Position numbers and translations under genes: made by a program. From contig JAQGDQ010000116.1 in the NCBI GenBank assembly GCA_030141605.1, forward strand, positions 186,001 to 250,000: 64,000 nt of DNA, given 5' to 3'. The first letter of the stretch is position 1. Each line of letters starts with the position of its first letter. This DNA is from Tubiluchus corallicola. Its lineage: Eukaryota > Animalia > Priapulida. The notes beneath the pieces were generated by a model that saw nothing but the letters and a program-made list of their open reading frames with translations, was not told the DNA's origin and ran no database searches. Below, piece by piece: positions 63,538-64,000 of this stretch.

Positions 63538-64000
63538 GTACCCCATGAAGTATTTGTGTTTTTCAATTTACTTGACCAATGTGAAACTAACTTTACTTTT
63601 AAAAACTTATTTTTGCTGGCTATACTTTGGTCCACCATGCAACAGAAACATTGAACCTGTGAACCTTTAAGTTCTTACACATTTCGAGTATGAGTCACTC
63701 ATTTGCATATCTTGCTCAAAACTCTTTAATTTTCGCTTATTTTAATTGTTTCTGTACATTTATAAATGAGAAGTAACAATAATTTCACTTGATGATGAAA
63801 AATGAATCACTTCAGTCTCTCACAGATAGAAAAACATGAAGTGAAAAATTGTTTTTGGGATTTGCAAAATATTTATATACAGAAAAAGATAGTACTTTTA
63901 GTTTTATTATATGATTAAAAGAGAACTTTCACCAGTTCTCTTATTTGAATTTTATCACTTAAATTTTGAAGTAAGTGCTGTATTTTGCGCACTGTATATT

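Overview
AT-rich eukaryotic (invertebrate animal-like) genomic DNA with GT-AG spliceosomal introns, so most short ORFs in the track are exon pieces or noise. Five conserved genes can be reconstructed by hand: an SLC16/MCT-family transporter (-, 5 coding exons, 1225-6315), an intronless TTC1 (+, 8761-9735), the ciliary TOG-array gene TOGARAM1/Crescerin (-, 19 coding exons, 12028-40582), DEAD-box helicase DDX55 (-, 2 exons, 47256-51200) and, head-to-head with it, CUL3 (+, from 51764, running off the window). Introns and intergenic DNA hold many non-autonomous transposons: hAT, pogo/Tigger, MULE-like, a TG..CA Ginger-like element, two related Helitrons and a LINE fragment. The most unusual region is the 8.9-kb first intron of TOGARAM1. 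It is locally CpG-rich, carries a nested antisense LYR-motif (LYRM7-like) ORF with candidate spliced 5' exons, and contains candidate phase-0 alternative first exons that would give TOG3-4-only isoforms. No rRNA, tRNA or CRISPR was seen. All exon models are manual and unverified by transcripts.
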